A stretch of 64,000 nucleotides of DNA from Scenedesmus sp. PABB004. Lineage: Eukaryota. Location of the stretch: assembly GCA_014905635.1 (NCBI GenBank), contig CM026547.1, positions 4,030,001-4,094,000 of the forward strand, in the 5' to 3' direction. The notes beneath the pieces are model-generated. The model was not told the DNA's origin. It saw nothing but the letters and a program-made list of their open reading frames with translations, and did no database searches. Below, in pieces: positions 46,358 to 61,031 of the stretch (the first letter of the stretch is position 1; every line of letters begins with the position of its first letter). Position numbers and translations under genes: made by a program.

Positions 46358-48151
46358 ATGCCGGCAGGCCGCTGCGCTGCCGCGGCGCTCAGCGCCGCAC
46401 CGCCGGCGCCGGCGCGTAATCCGCAGCACGCGCAGCGGCGGCGAGGAGGGTCGCGGCTACAGCCACGGCGCCGCGTGGCGGCGCGGTCGGGCGGGCAGGA
46501 GCCGCAGGAGGCGGCGCAGCGCAGCGGCTGGCGCTGGCCGCGCCTGCCCAACCCGTTTGCCGGCGAGGAGAGCGAGTACGAGATCGTGTACGTGACCGAA
46601 ACCGAGGGCGCTGAGGAGCACGAGCACAGGCAGCAAGCCGCCGCGGCGACAGCGGCGCCGCCGGGCGGCGAGCAGCGGCAGCAGCGGGCGGCTGACGCGG
46701 CCGACGCCGAGCCTGGCACGCCTCCCCCAGCACCGCCAGCCGGCGCTACCGAGAGCAGCAGCACGCCAGAGGCGCTGGCGGTCGCAGGGGCGGCGCAGCG
46801 GAGCGCGCGGTGCCGGAGACAGCGGCGGAGGAGCTGGCGACGGGCGCGCTGCCGGCGGCGGCGCCGGCGGCGGCGGGCTACTGGGCGTCGTCTGCGGGCG
46901 GCTGGGTCGTTGCGATGGCGCTGCTGCTGGCGGTGCGGCAGGGCCGGCTGCGCGCGGACGCTGAGCGCCTCGACGTGCGCGCGCTGCAGGCACGGCAGCA
47001 GAGCAGCCGCGTGCAGGTGCGGCCGGCGGCCGGCGGCGGCGCTGGCGGCAGCAGGGAGGAGCGGCGCGGGCAGCGGCAGCAGGGAGATAGGAGGAGGCCG
47101 CCGCTGCCGCCGCGCGCTCACGGCGCGCCGCCGATTGCCGCAGAGCCGCGAGCTGCGTGAGCGGCGCGCGCAGTACCTGCAGGAGCAGGCGGCACTGAAG
47201 GAGGCGGAGGCGGCCAAGCGGTGCGCTTGAGAGGGGTGGAGGGACTTGCAGGCCAGACGCCAGGCGGCGGCGCCTGCGTCGCACGCGCTCCGGCAGCAGC
47301 CTGCGAGCGCGGGCGAGCGCCGCCCGCGCGCACGCCGCCCCCGCCGCCGAGCGCAGGCTCGCGCAGACGGCGCGCCGCGCGCAGCAGGAAAAGGCGGCGG
47401 CGGCGGCGCGCGCGGCAGAATACGAGCGGGCAGTGCGGGAGGAGCTGGAGCTGCTGCGCGCGCGCCGCGCGACGGCCAAGCAGGTCCGCGGCAGCGCGCG
47501 CCGCTCCTGCACCGCCGCACGGGGCCGAGGCGCTGAGGCGGCCCGCGCCACGCGCGCCGCTTCGCCCGGCGCAGGCGTTTGAGCAGGACCAGAGCAAGCT
47601 TGACGAGGAGCTGGCGGCGCGCACGGCGCGCGAGGTCGCGCTACGGGAGGCTGAAGCGGCGCGGCGCGAGGCGGAGGCCGAGGCGGCGAGGTGGGGGGCT
47701 GCGCCGCGAGGCGCGCGGCCTCGCGCAGCGCGCGCCAGGCTTCGCTGTGCTGATGGCGGCCCCCGCCTGGACGCGCGCGCACGCGCAGGGCGGCGGCCAC
47801 TGCAGAGGCGGCGCGCCTCGCCGCCGAGGCCAAGGCGGCGGCGGAGGCCGCGGCGGCGGCGGCGCGCGAGGAGGCGGCGCGGCGGGCGGCGGTCAAGGCT
47901 CAGATGCGAGCGGACAGCACTCGGTGAGGGGGAAAGGCCCAGTGCTGCGTGCCCGGCGTCCTTGCGAGGGGGTGCAGGTGCGAGCCGCGCGCCCTGACGC
48001 TGCGCCGCCGCCGACGCGCTCGCGCGCAGGATCGAGCTGCAGCTGCAGGGCACCGCGACGGCGGCCGCCACGCCCAGCCGGCAGCTCGAGGTCACCGTCA
48101 GCGTCGCGCCCCAGCAGGCCGGCGGTGGCGCTGCTGGCAGCGCCGGCGGCG

Positions 48152-48211
<60 letters not shown>

Positions 48212-50422
48212 GCCTGTTTGACTCGCCAGAGGCGGCGGTGGACGGCGCCACCACGCTGGCGGCCGCCGCCGCGCAGGGGGCAGTCGCGCGGCTCGCTGAC
48301 GCGCTCGAGGCGGCCGCCGCCGACGGCGTCCCCGTCGGCGGCAGCGTCGCAGAGGGCCTCTCGCTCTCGCCGCCCGCCCGCAGCGGCGGCGGGGACGCGT
48401 CACAGCAGCAGGGCTTTGCCGGGCTGAGCCCCGCCGACCTCACGCTCTGGCGCTGGCTCGCCTGCCTCAAGGTCGAGGCCGCCGCGCGCACCGCGGTGGG
48501 CCAAGTCGCGCCGCTGGCGGGCGGCGGCCAGCTGGACCAGCGCTTTGAGGTGGGCCCGCAGCGCGGGGCGCGGGCGCGGGCGGGCGTGCGGCGGGCGTGC
48601 GCGTCCGTGCGGGCTGGGCTGGGGCCCCGGCCAGTGACGCGGCGTGGCGCGCTCGCCCGACCCTGCCCCCTCCCTCCCCTCCCCCGCCGCCGCACGTGGT
48701 TCAGGTGTACGTGCGCTACGCTGCGCTGCCGCCGGGCCACGCGCGCGACCTCGCGGCGCAGCTCGCGCGCGTCGCGGAGCGCGTCGCAGAGGAGCAGCTG
48801 CCGGCGGCCGCCGCCGCGCTCGACGAGCTCGTCTGCTGGGCGCTGCAGGACTTCGCCGCGGCCGGGCCGCGCGACGCCGTGGCGCTGCGTGACGCCGGCG
48901 ACGGCGGCGGCCTGCGCGCGGTGCTGGGGGAGCTGCTGCGCGCGCGCGGTGCCGCCGCGCCAGCGTCAGCCTACCTGGTGCCGGCGTGCGTGTATGCCCT
49001 CCTGCTCAACACCGCGGACGCGGCGACGCAGGCGGCCAATGCCGGCGCCGCGGCGGCGGGCGCGGCGGACGCGGGCGGCGAGGGCGCGCAGGAGCTGCTG
49101 GACGCGGCGGCGCCGCCGGACGGCGACGCGCGGCGCAGCATCGTGGGCGCGCGCGACAGCCCGCTGCAGCGGCTGGTCAAGAGCCAGCTGGAGGCGCTGG
49201 TCCGCGACGCGCCGCAGGACAGCCTCGCCGCGCCGGCGGCGTCGCTCGCGGCGCTGCTGGGGCGGCACCACCCCGTGGCGCGCGCGCTCGCGGCGCTCGC
49301 GGCACGCAACACCAGCCCCGCGGCGCGGCAGGCGCGCGAGGTGCGGCGGCAGCAGCAGCAGCTGGCCAAGGCGACGCAGCTGCTGGAGGTGAGGGGCGGC
49401 GCAGGGGTGCTGCAGCGCGCGCAGAGCGGGAGCGGCCGCGGCGGGCGCGGCGGCCGCAACGCAGGCGGCCGCGCCGCGCGCGGCCCACGCGCGCCCGTCG
49501 CGCTCGGCCTGCGCGCGCCGCGTGCAGGGCTCCGCCCTGGTGGGCCCGGGCGGCCTCGACCCCCAGGAGGCCCGCCTGCGCCAGGCGCTCGTGCCCGTCC
49601 CCGAGCGCACCTGGGCGCTGCGCAACGTGGCCAACAGCATGCTCCGCAGCGCGCCGCCGGCGGCCGGCGGCGACGGCGGCTCCGCGGCGGCCGAGGAGGC
49701 GCTGGGCATGCTGCGCCAGGCGGCCGACCTCGCGGCGGAGCACTACGGCGCGCGGCACCCGGGTGCGGGGCCGGCCCCACCGCCGCCGCTGGCGCGGCGC
49801 CGCCGGGGGCTCGCGGTCGACCCTGTGCCCGCGCGCCGCGCGCGCCCGCTGGGACGCCCACCCGGCCGCCTGAACCCTACCTCGGCCGCGCGCAGGCCAG
49901 CTGTCCACTCTTCTCGACTACGTCGCCGCGCTGCTCGCGGTGCCGGGGCACGCGGCGGCAGCGGCGGCCGCGATCCGCGCGGCGTGCGGCGTCGTGGAGG
50001 CGGTCGGCGAGCGCTACCGGGGCAGTCCGACCTGCTGAGCCTGGTGCTGCTGTACGAGTCGGCGCAGGCGGAGCTGGACGTGCCGGGCGTGCTGCCGCGG
50101 GGCGACACGCTCATGGCGCGCCTGCAGCGTAAGGCCGCCGACGCGTTCGGCGTGCTCGACACGGCGCAGGCCAACCTGGTGCGCTGCTTGGCGCGGCGCG
50201 GCGCGGCGCGGCTGGCAGCGCGCCGCCTGGACGCACAGCGCGCCGCCGCGCCGCACGCAGGTCATGTCCAAGCGCAAGCTGCCGCCCGGGTCGCCCAACA
50301 CGGCGCTGCGCGAGCTCGCGCGCGACTGCACCGAGCAGCTGGGCGTCTACGCCGCCAGCCGCAAGCGCCTGACGCGGCTGGAGCAGTGGAACAAAGACCT
50401 GCCGCTCACGCCGCTGCGGTGA
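46358..50422 (+). CDS. Uncharacterised large protein: transit-like N-terminus, hydrophobic segment, coiled coil, poly-Ser, C-terminal TPR-like helices; multi-exon
   Basis: Consistent GT-AG exon chain with GC3-rich codons. WVVAMALLLAV; ELRERRAQYLQEQAALKEAE; ERTWALRNVANSML...EEALGMLRQAADLAAEHYGARHPG; ends LEQWNKDLPLTPLR with TGA 50420-50422. Confidence 0.65.
48156..48209 (+). repeat. (CAG)18 coding microsatellite, read as AGC poly-Ser
   Basis: Pure CAG run. The exon frame reads GGASSS...SRLFDSPE. Confidence 0.9.
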
Positions 50423-50555
50423 CGGCGGGCGTGCGCGCACGGGCTGCAGCGCTCCCGCTGCTGCTCCCGTGAGCGGCGGCTGGGACGCGGGTGCGCTGAC
50501 CTTTTAACAGCGTGCTGTCATCGCCGCCGGCGCGCCGCCCCTCCCCGCGCCGGCG

Positions 50556-51997
50556 CTACCCAGCGCGAGCCAGGAGCGCCTCCAGCTCCTCCCGGCTTGG
50601 CAGACTGGGCATCGCCCCAGGCCGCGACACGCAGATGCTGGCGGCCGCCGCGGCAAAGGCCATGGCCGCCGCGGGGGGCCGCCCCTCGAGCAGCGCGACG
50701 GCAAAGGCAGCAGTGAAGCAGTCGCCGGCGCCCGTCGTGTCCACCACGCGCGGCGCCGGCACCGCGGGCTGCCGCACCACGGCACCGTCCGGCCCCAGCA
50801 GCATGCTCCCGGCGGCGCCCAGCTTCAGTAGCACGGCGGGCGCGGCGCCGCCGCCGCCGCCGCGCTGCTCCACCGCCGCGCGCTGCAGCGCCGCCGCGGC
50901 CGCCAGCAGCTCCGCCTCGCTGGCCGTCGGCAGCCCGGTGAGGCGCTGCAGCTCCGTCTCGTTGGGGCTTATGACCGTGAGGTGACGCAGCAGCTCGCCC
51001 GACAGCGGCGCGTCGACGCCGCCGGCGTCCAACAGCACCACGGGCACGCCTGCGGCCGCCGCGGCCTGCAGCGCGGGGCAGCAGGGCACGGACGGCGCGG
51101 CGCGCCGGTGCGGTCAGGTCAGGCTCGGCCGCGGCTGCGCGCGCTCGCGGCGCCAGCTCCGCTGGCGGCGGGCACGCTGGAGCTGCTGCTGCCGCCTCGG
51201 CCCACCTCGGCGACCGCGACGTTGACGGCCTCGGGGATCTCTCGCTGCAGCAGCAGCGCGCCCGCACCCGCGATGAGCTGCGCCGCGCGTGCGGCGCCAG
51301 GCGGTGTGCGCGCGCAGCGCGGCGCGGCGCAGCGCGGCGCGGCGCGGCGCGGCGCGGGCGCGAGCGCCGCGCCCGCGCGCACCTGCAGCGCGTCCGCGCT
51401 CAGCTGCCACGCCTCGGGCGCCTGGTTGGCGCCGCCCACGATGATGATGCTGTTCTCCCCCGAGTCCTGCAAGAGGATGACCGCGGTGCCGGTCGGCGCA
51501 ACCACCTCGCGCAGGTGGTTGAGCCGCACGCCCGCGCCCCCGAGCGCGGCGCGCAGCGGCGCGGCGTTGCTGTCCGAGCCGACCGCGCCGACAAAGAACG
51601 TGCCGAAGCTTCGGCCGAGCTTCGCCGCCGCGGCCGCCGTGTTTGCGCCCTTGCCGCCGGGGAACAGCTCGAGCGACGCGGCGCCGATCGTCTCGCCGGG
51701 CGCGGGCAGCCGCTCGACGCGGAGGACGAGGTCGGCGTTCACGCTGCCAACCACCACCAGGGGCTGCGACATCGCCGCCGCGCAGCGCGGCGCCGCGCGG
51801 GGCCAGCGCTGCTGCGCGGGCAGCGCCGGCGCTGCGCGGCGGCCGCGGCGCGGCGCGTGAGCGAGCGTCGGCAAGAGCGAGGGGGGCGCGCGCAGCAGGC
51901 GACCGCGGCACCGCCGCGCCGCACCTGCTCGCCAGGCCGGCGCGGCGGGGGCGCAAAGGCCGCGCCGCTGCTGCTGCGCCGCCGGCCCTCGCAGCAT
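50556..51997 (-). CDS. RBKS: Ribokinase (PfkB family) with an N-terminal transit peptide shared with SCY2; multi-exon
   Basis: VVVGSVNADL; PAPGETI; FPGGKGAN; PTGTAVI; GENSIIIVGGAN; LLLQREIP; SPNETEL; VDTTGAGDCF. Confidence 0.95.
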
Positions 51998-52411
51998 GCC
52001 GCCCCAGCCCGGCGGCGGGCGGGGGTCTCGGATGCCGAGTCACGCGGGCTGCACGGGGGCGCGCTGGCGTGGGCAGCAGCAGCAGCACCCGCGGCGGCGG
52101 CGCCGCGCAGCGCGGTCGGGGACGCTGGCAGCAGCAGCGGCGGCGGCGGCGGCGGCGCGCGCTGTGCATGCGTGTGTGGTGCTGGCCCGGTGCGGGAGGC
52201 CTGTCGCACCAGCTGCAGGAGCCTTGCCTTGCCGACTGAACCGCGGGCTGGGTTCCAGGTGGTTAAACCGCGCGCAGGCGACGAGCGCGACGCCACGGAC
52301 AGAGATCAATCGCGCGCGCACGGCACGGCACGCGCCGCCGCCGTGCGGGCGCGGGCGGAGATTGGCCCGCTGCTCCGCGCGGCGGCGGCCGTGCCCGGCC
52401 TCGTCATCATC
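51773..52411 (-). repeat. Copy B of the ~640-bp inverted duplication (promoter and N-terminus of ribokinase)
   Basis: The reverse complement matches 42871-43517. Similarity stops at the base immediately before the ATG of MSQPLVVVGS (51772-51770). Confidence 0.95.
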
Positions 52412-54503
52412 CAAGTGCGTCCTCCACCGCCGCCGCCTCGCGCCACAAGCAGCACGCGCTCTCCTCTTAAGCTACAGCTCAGAACTCACGCAGCGACAAT
52501 GGGGCGCCAGGGGCGCCAGGGCGCGGGCGCGCCGCCGCCGCGCCCCGCGCCCGTTCTTTTTGAGCGGGAACTGCCACACACAAACGCACCAAGCGCCCAC
52601 ACGGGACAGACGCTCCAACAACGGCAGCAGCAGCACATGCACGCATGCATTCCCGCTCCAGCCAGCCGCCCGCCCATGCCGCCTGCGGGCGCCGCCGCCC
52701 CCGCCGTCCGTCCGCGCCCGCCCCAAAAAGCCGCGACTCGAGTCGGCGGCGCCGGGCGCTCCGTCGTCGACCGCCCCCGCCGCTTGATTGGGCGAGCCAA
52801 GTGTGGGTTTGGGGGAGGTGTAGCAGCCACCATCGCGCCCAGGGGTTTGCCCGACCGCGCACGAGGCGGCCGCCAGCAGCGCACACCACCACCGCGGAGG
52901 CCTGAAGGCCTCGCCGCGAGCAGAGAGCTGAGAGCTGAAGAGATGCAGCGCCAGCGCCGCGAGGGGGGTGCTTGATTGGCGCGCGCGCGCGCCCGGGCAG
53001 CAGCAGGGGCAGGCAGGCCGCCGCCGCCCGCCCAGGCGCGCGCGCGCGGGCGCGGCTCAGCCTGCGGTAAGGGTCTGCAATCGAGCAGCAGGACAGAGGT
53101 AGGTAGGCGTGTGTGTGTGTGTGTGTGCGGGTCGGCCGCCGCGCCACCGGACCGCGCAAGCCCCCCTTGCTCAAAAAAGCGGGGCCGCGCCGCGCCCGAG
53201 GCGAGCGGCCGCGCGTGCACGGCGGGCGAGAGTCGCGCTGCCCGCCTGTCGGTCATGCGTATCGGGTTTTTGTGTCTGGGGCGGCAAGCGGCTGCCTGCG
53301 GCGTCGTCGTCGCGCCGACACTCGCCCATGCTGCACGCACACACATCAGCAGTGGCATGGGCACACCTCCGCGTGCGCGGGGGCTGCAGGGGCGCGCTCC
53401 GCGCGCCATTCTTGGCAGGGTGAGGGATGGGACCGTGCCCCGCCCGCCGACCGCCCCCCCTGCCCCGCCGGGCGCGGGCGCGCGCAACGGTTTGTCTGTG
53501 CGCGCGCCGCCGCCCGCGCCCGCTGCTGCCCGCCTGCCCTGCCCCGCGCGCAGCAGGGCGAGAGAGAGTGTGTGGTGGTGCGCCGACACGCTCAGCTGCA
53601 AGTGCTCAGTGCCGGCGCGCGCGCGCGGCGGGCTGCCACGCGCGCCGCCCGCGCTCGTCCCCAGCAGGGGGCACGCAGTCGCCCCCCTTGGTACTCCTAG
53701 CGGGCGCCGCCGCCTCGCGTGGTGAGAGCCGCGCGGCGGCGCCCCGCACCCTGCCGCCCTGCCTCAGTCGGTCGGTCGGTCCTCCCGCGTCTCCCCAAAA
53801 GCGGCGGCGCCCCGCGCGGGGCCATGCATATCATGGCGCGCTTGGGGGGCCCCCCGCAGACGGCGCGCGACGACACAGACACGCACACGCACACGCACAC
53901 ACATACGCAAGGGAGGAGGGCACACGCGTGTAAGCTGTCATGCGACGGCGCTCCACGCACAACGCACGCGCGCGTCGTCGCACCGGAAAAACACGCCGCC
54001 AAACGGGGGCACGCGCCGCCAGCAGCTGCGCAGTCCTGCAAGACCAGGCGGTGTCGCTCGCCGCCACTCTCGCCGCCCGCGCGCCGCCCAGCAAGATGCC
54101 AGGGCGCGGCGCGCGGGCGGAATGCCACCGCCGTTCGCTCTCGGGCCGGCCAGCAGCAGGGGCAGGGGCAGCATGCACCGCGCGCGCGCGCAGGCGCGCG
54201 GCGCCGCCGCCGCCGCGGGGGCGGCGCGCGCGCGCGCCCGGCGTCGACGGCTCTCGCACCGGGCCCGGGTGCGCCGCTGCCGCGGCGGCGGCGGCGCGCC
54301 CGCGGCGCCACGTCCAAAAAGTCGCTTCATAGGCTAAAAAGCCTCTCTCGGCGCACACCTGCTGCTGCTAACAGAGGCCGGCGGCGCAGGGCCGGCCGGC
54401 GCAAAACGAAGAAGCTGGACCAACGCTAAACGAGGATGGATTCGGCAGGGGTGCATGCAGACGCCGCTCGACTCGATTCTTCTCGCGTGCCCGCCCGGCC
54501 GCG

Positions 54504-56219
54504 CTAGAAGCCGGGCGGGCCGGCGGGCGCAAACACGGCGCTGGGCGAGGTGGGCAGCCACCAGTCCTCCATGCCGGGCAGCCCGGCGCCGCCGAGGGAC
54601 GGCAGCATCGTCGCGCCGCCCGCCGCGAGCGCGCCGCCGTGCGGCGCGGGCACGAGCGCGGGCGACAGGCTGCCGTCGGCCTGCCAGGCGTCGCCGTCGT
54701 GCGCGAGCGCGCCGAGCGCGGGGCTGGCCATGCCGCCCTCCCAGCTGCCCCACGACTCCCAGGCCGCGGCCTCGCCGCCGCTGCTGGACAGCGCGTTGTC
54801 GAGCTCCGCCGGCCCCGCCAGCCAGCTGCTGCCCGTCACGCCGCCGAGCGGCGGCCCGAGCGCCGGCTCCGCGAGCGCCGCCGCCAGGAAGGCGCTGGGC
54901 GCCGAGCCCTGGCGGCGCGCGGGCGCGGCGCGCGGCGCGCCGCCGCCGGCCAGGCTGGTGCGGATGGGCTTCAGGCCTGCGGGGGCGTCAGCCACCGCAG
55001 GCCCCGGCGCGGACGCCGCGCGCTGCGCGGGCGCGCGCGCGCGCGGCGCGCGCGCGCCCTTGCCGCGCGGGCTCGCGCCGCCGGCGCCGGGCGCGGCCGA
55101 CTCGCCGCCGCTGCCCTGGCCCGCGGGCGCGCCCGCGGCCGCGCCGACCGCGGCGTCGCTGCTCGTCGTGCGGGGCGCCTTCCTGGGGCGCGGCGGCGCC
55201 GCGCCGGTGCTCGCGGCGCCGCTGCCGCCGGCGCTGCCGCTGTCGGTGAGGCTGCCGCTGCTGCCGCTGCTCGTCGGCGCGGCGGCGCGCTTGCAGGCCA
55301 CGGTCGGGCGCGGCGGCGCGTTGGCCGCAATGTCGGCGAGGATGCGCACGCTCGGGTCCTGCGCGTCGAGCCAGGCGTTGAAGCCCGGGTCCTCCGCGTG
55401 CATCTTGCACTTGAGGCTGCAGTAGAGGCTGCTCTTGTCCATCATCGCGCGCCCGTCCACGGTGCACTGCGCCGGCGCGGCGGTGCCGTTGTTGGGCTTC
55501 TTCTCGGCCGCAGCCTCGCGGTTGAGGTAGATGACCTTGCTGCCGTTGAGCGTGTACTGCTGCACGCCGCCGATGTCGGCGCCAAAGCGCACGATGTCGG
55601 TCGCCTTGACCACGTCCTTGAAGCTCGCGCGCCGCACCTGCAGCAGGCTGCCCGTGCCGTTGAGCTGGCACTCGGGGCAGTGGCTGCAGAAGACCTTGTG
55701 CGGGGCCTTGGTGTCAAACAGCGTCATCAGCTGCTCGCGCTTCGGCGTGCGCGCGCCGTTGCAGCAGCCGACGCAGGGCGTGAAGTAGGAGGGGAAGGTG
55801 ACGAGGCGGTACAGCCACTCGCGCGGCCCGCCGCTGCCGGGGGCCGTGCCCGGCCCGCCGCCGGGCGCGCACGCCGCGTGGCCGCAGCCCGCCGCCGCCG
55901 CCGCGCCGGCGTGGCCGGGCATCATGCTCGCCACGCCGCTGCCGCGGCCGCCCGCGGCGCTGCCCGCGCTGCCCGCGCCGCCGCTCGCGGGCGTGCCGGA
56001 CGTCGCGCGCGACGCCGGCGCCGCCGCCGCGCCGCCGCTGGCGCCGCCGAGCGCGGTGCCGGTGGAGCAGCTGCTCGCGGGCGGGCTGATGCTGCCGACG
56101 CCGCAGAGCGCCGGCTGCTGCTGGGCGCACTCGCCGGCAAAGGGCGAGAAGCCCGCGGCCGCGGCGCCGGGCTTGCCGCCGGGCAGCGCCGGCAGCGCAA
56201 ACATGCCGGCAGCAGACAT
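54504..56219 (-). CDS. PLATZ-family zinc-binding transcription factor with divergent ligands
   Basis: WL...YFTPC; FCSHC; LLQVRRASFKDVVKATDI; DIGGVQQYTLNGSKVIYLN; C-x(13)-CSLKCK. An acceptor at 56223 and a CAG|GTAAG donor at 56697 indicate an upstream exon, so the true start may lie further 5'. Confidence 0.88.
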   Translation of the reverse strand: MSAAGMFALPALPGGKPGAAAAGFSPFAGECAQQQPALCGVGSISPPASSCSTGTALGGASGGAAAAPASRATSGTPASGGAGSAGSAAGGRGSGVASMMPGHAGAAAAAGCGHAACAPGGGPGTAPGSGGPREWLYRLVTFPSYFTPCVGCCNGARTPKREQLMTLFDTKAPHKVFCSHCPECQLNGTGSLLQVRRASFKDVVKATDIVRFGADIGGVQQYTLNGSKVIYLNREAAAEKKPNNGTAAPAQCTVDGRAMMDKSSLYCSLKCKMHAEDPGFNAWLDAQDPSVRILADIAANAPPRPTVACKRAAAPTSSGSSGSLTDSGSAGGSGAASTGAAPPRPRKAPRTTSSDAAVGAAAGAPAGQGSGGESAAPGAGGASPRGKGARAPRARAPAQRAASAPGPAVADAPAGLKPIRTSLAGGGAPRAAPARRQGSAPSAFLAAALAEPALGPPLGGVTGSSWLAGPAELDNALSSSGGEAAAWESWGSWEGGMASPALGALAHDGDAWQADGSLSPALVPAPHGGALAAGGATMLPSLGGAGLPGMEDWWLPTSPSAVFAPAGPPGF

Positions 56220-57572
56220 CGACTGCGCGCGGCGGCGGGGCGGCGGCGGGGCAGCGCGATCAGCGGGGGCCGCTCCCGGGCGGGGCGCGAGAGGTGGGGC
56301 GGCGGCGGCGGGGCCGCGCAGCGCCCGGTCGGCATCGGGTGAGCGCCCCGACGGCGGCCAGCCCTCCCGGCGCCCGCGCGGCCCGCCCGCGGGCGCGTGC
56401 TGCGGAAGACGCCGCGGAGCGCCTGACGGCGCGCGCCGCGCGGGCGACGGGCGCCCGCGCGCGCCGGCAGGGGCCCGCAGGCCCCCGCGGGGCGTTGGCC
56501 CCCCACCGCGCCGCCCGCAGCTCGCCGCGGGGAGCAAGCACGCCGGGGGCGCGCCGAGGGGGCCCGAGGCGCCGGAGCGCCGCACGCGACCTCCCCGGCC
56601 CGCCCCGTCGCGCCCAGCGGGGCCGCCGCATCCGGCCGCTGTCACCCGGGGCAGCCGCCCGCGCGTTGGCGGCCGGCTGCCTCGTGCGGGTGCTTACCTG
56701 ATCCAGGTGGAGGGCCGTGCGTCCGGTGGAGGCCTGTCCGCTCTTTTTAGAGCCCGCGCGGGGCGCTGCTGCGCGCTGGCGCGACAGAGGGCTTCCGGGC
56801 GGGGCCGTGAGCGCCTGCGGCGGGCCCGGGGCCCGGTGAGCGCCGGCCCGAGGCTTCGGTAGGCCTCCGGCATCGCTGCTGCGCCAGCACCGGCCCCGCC
56901 GGCCTCGCGGGCCCGCACCTCTTCTTGATGGCTCGCCTGCCGCCCGCTCCCGTGCCAGCCCGCTCGCGCCGTCTGAACAGGCGTGTCGCACCCCTCACAA
57001 CCCTTGCGGCTCCCCAGACAGGCACGCCGTGAGGGCGAGCAACGACAGAGCCTGGCCGCCAAGAGCCAGACCCTAACCCGCGACCCCGGCACCAGATGCT
57101 TGCGATTGCGCACGCGAACGGGGCGCCCAACCGCCCAATACTGTGCCCAACCGCGGCGAAAGCTGGTCGCCGGCCGCGCAGGCGCTGCCGAGCACGCGCG
57201 ACTGCAGGTCACGCGCGGCGCGCAGCGGCGGCGGCGACCGCAGCTCACCGAGCGCGCGCACCAGGCTTCCTGGGGCCGCCCAGCGGCAAGACCAGCGCGT
57301 CACACATGCCCAGCTGCACCCCAGGGGCCGCAGCAGGCCGTGGCCGCCGGGACGCCGCCGGGCCGACCCGCGGGCTGCCCGCAGCGGCTAGGCGCACACC
57401 GAGTGTGGTGCGGGCGCGTGTGTGTGTGCCTCCAGCAGCCTGCATCGCCAGCCAGGCAGCACCAGAGCCGCTTCGGGAAGGGGAGCGGCAGGAGAGGGGC
57501 CGAGCTCGGGTGTTGACTGCTGGCAGCGCCAGCGCGTCCGCAGCCGCCAGCCACCCAGCCGGTCCCTCCCGA

Positions 57573-60996
<3,424 letters not shown>

Positions 60997-61031
60997 TCAT
61001 CGAGAGGCTCGCCCCGCCGCCGCGTCGGTCG

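Noticed and set aside
48156..48209. Poly-Gln protein suggested by ORF 47949-48221
   Set aside because: The exon frame that joins the flanking coding sequence reads AGC (poly-Ser), so the poly-Gln ORF is a shadow frame.
42871..52411. Mutator/Pack-MULE interpretation of the long inverted repeats
   Set aside because: There is no target-site duplication in the flanks (…AACTGATAT vs CAAGTGCGT…) and no transposase, and the repeats are exon/intron-bearing parts of intact housekeeping genes.
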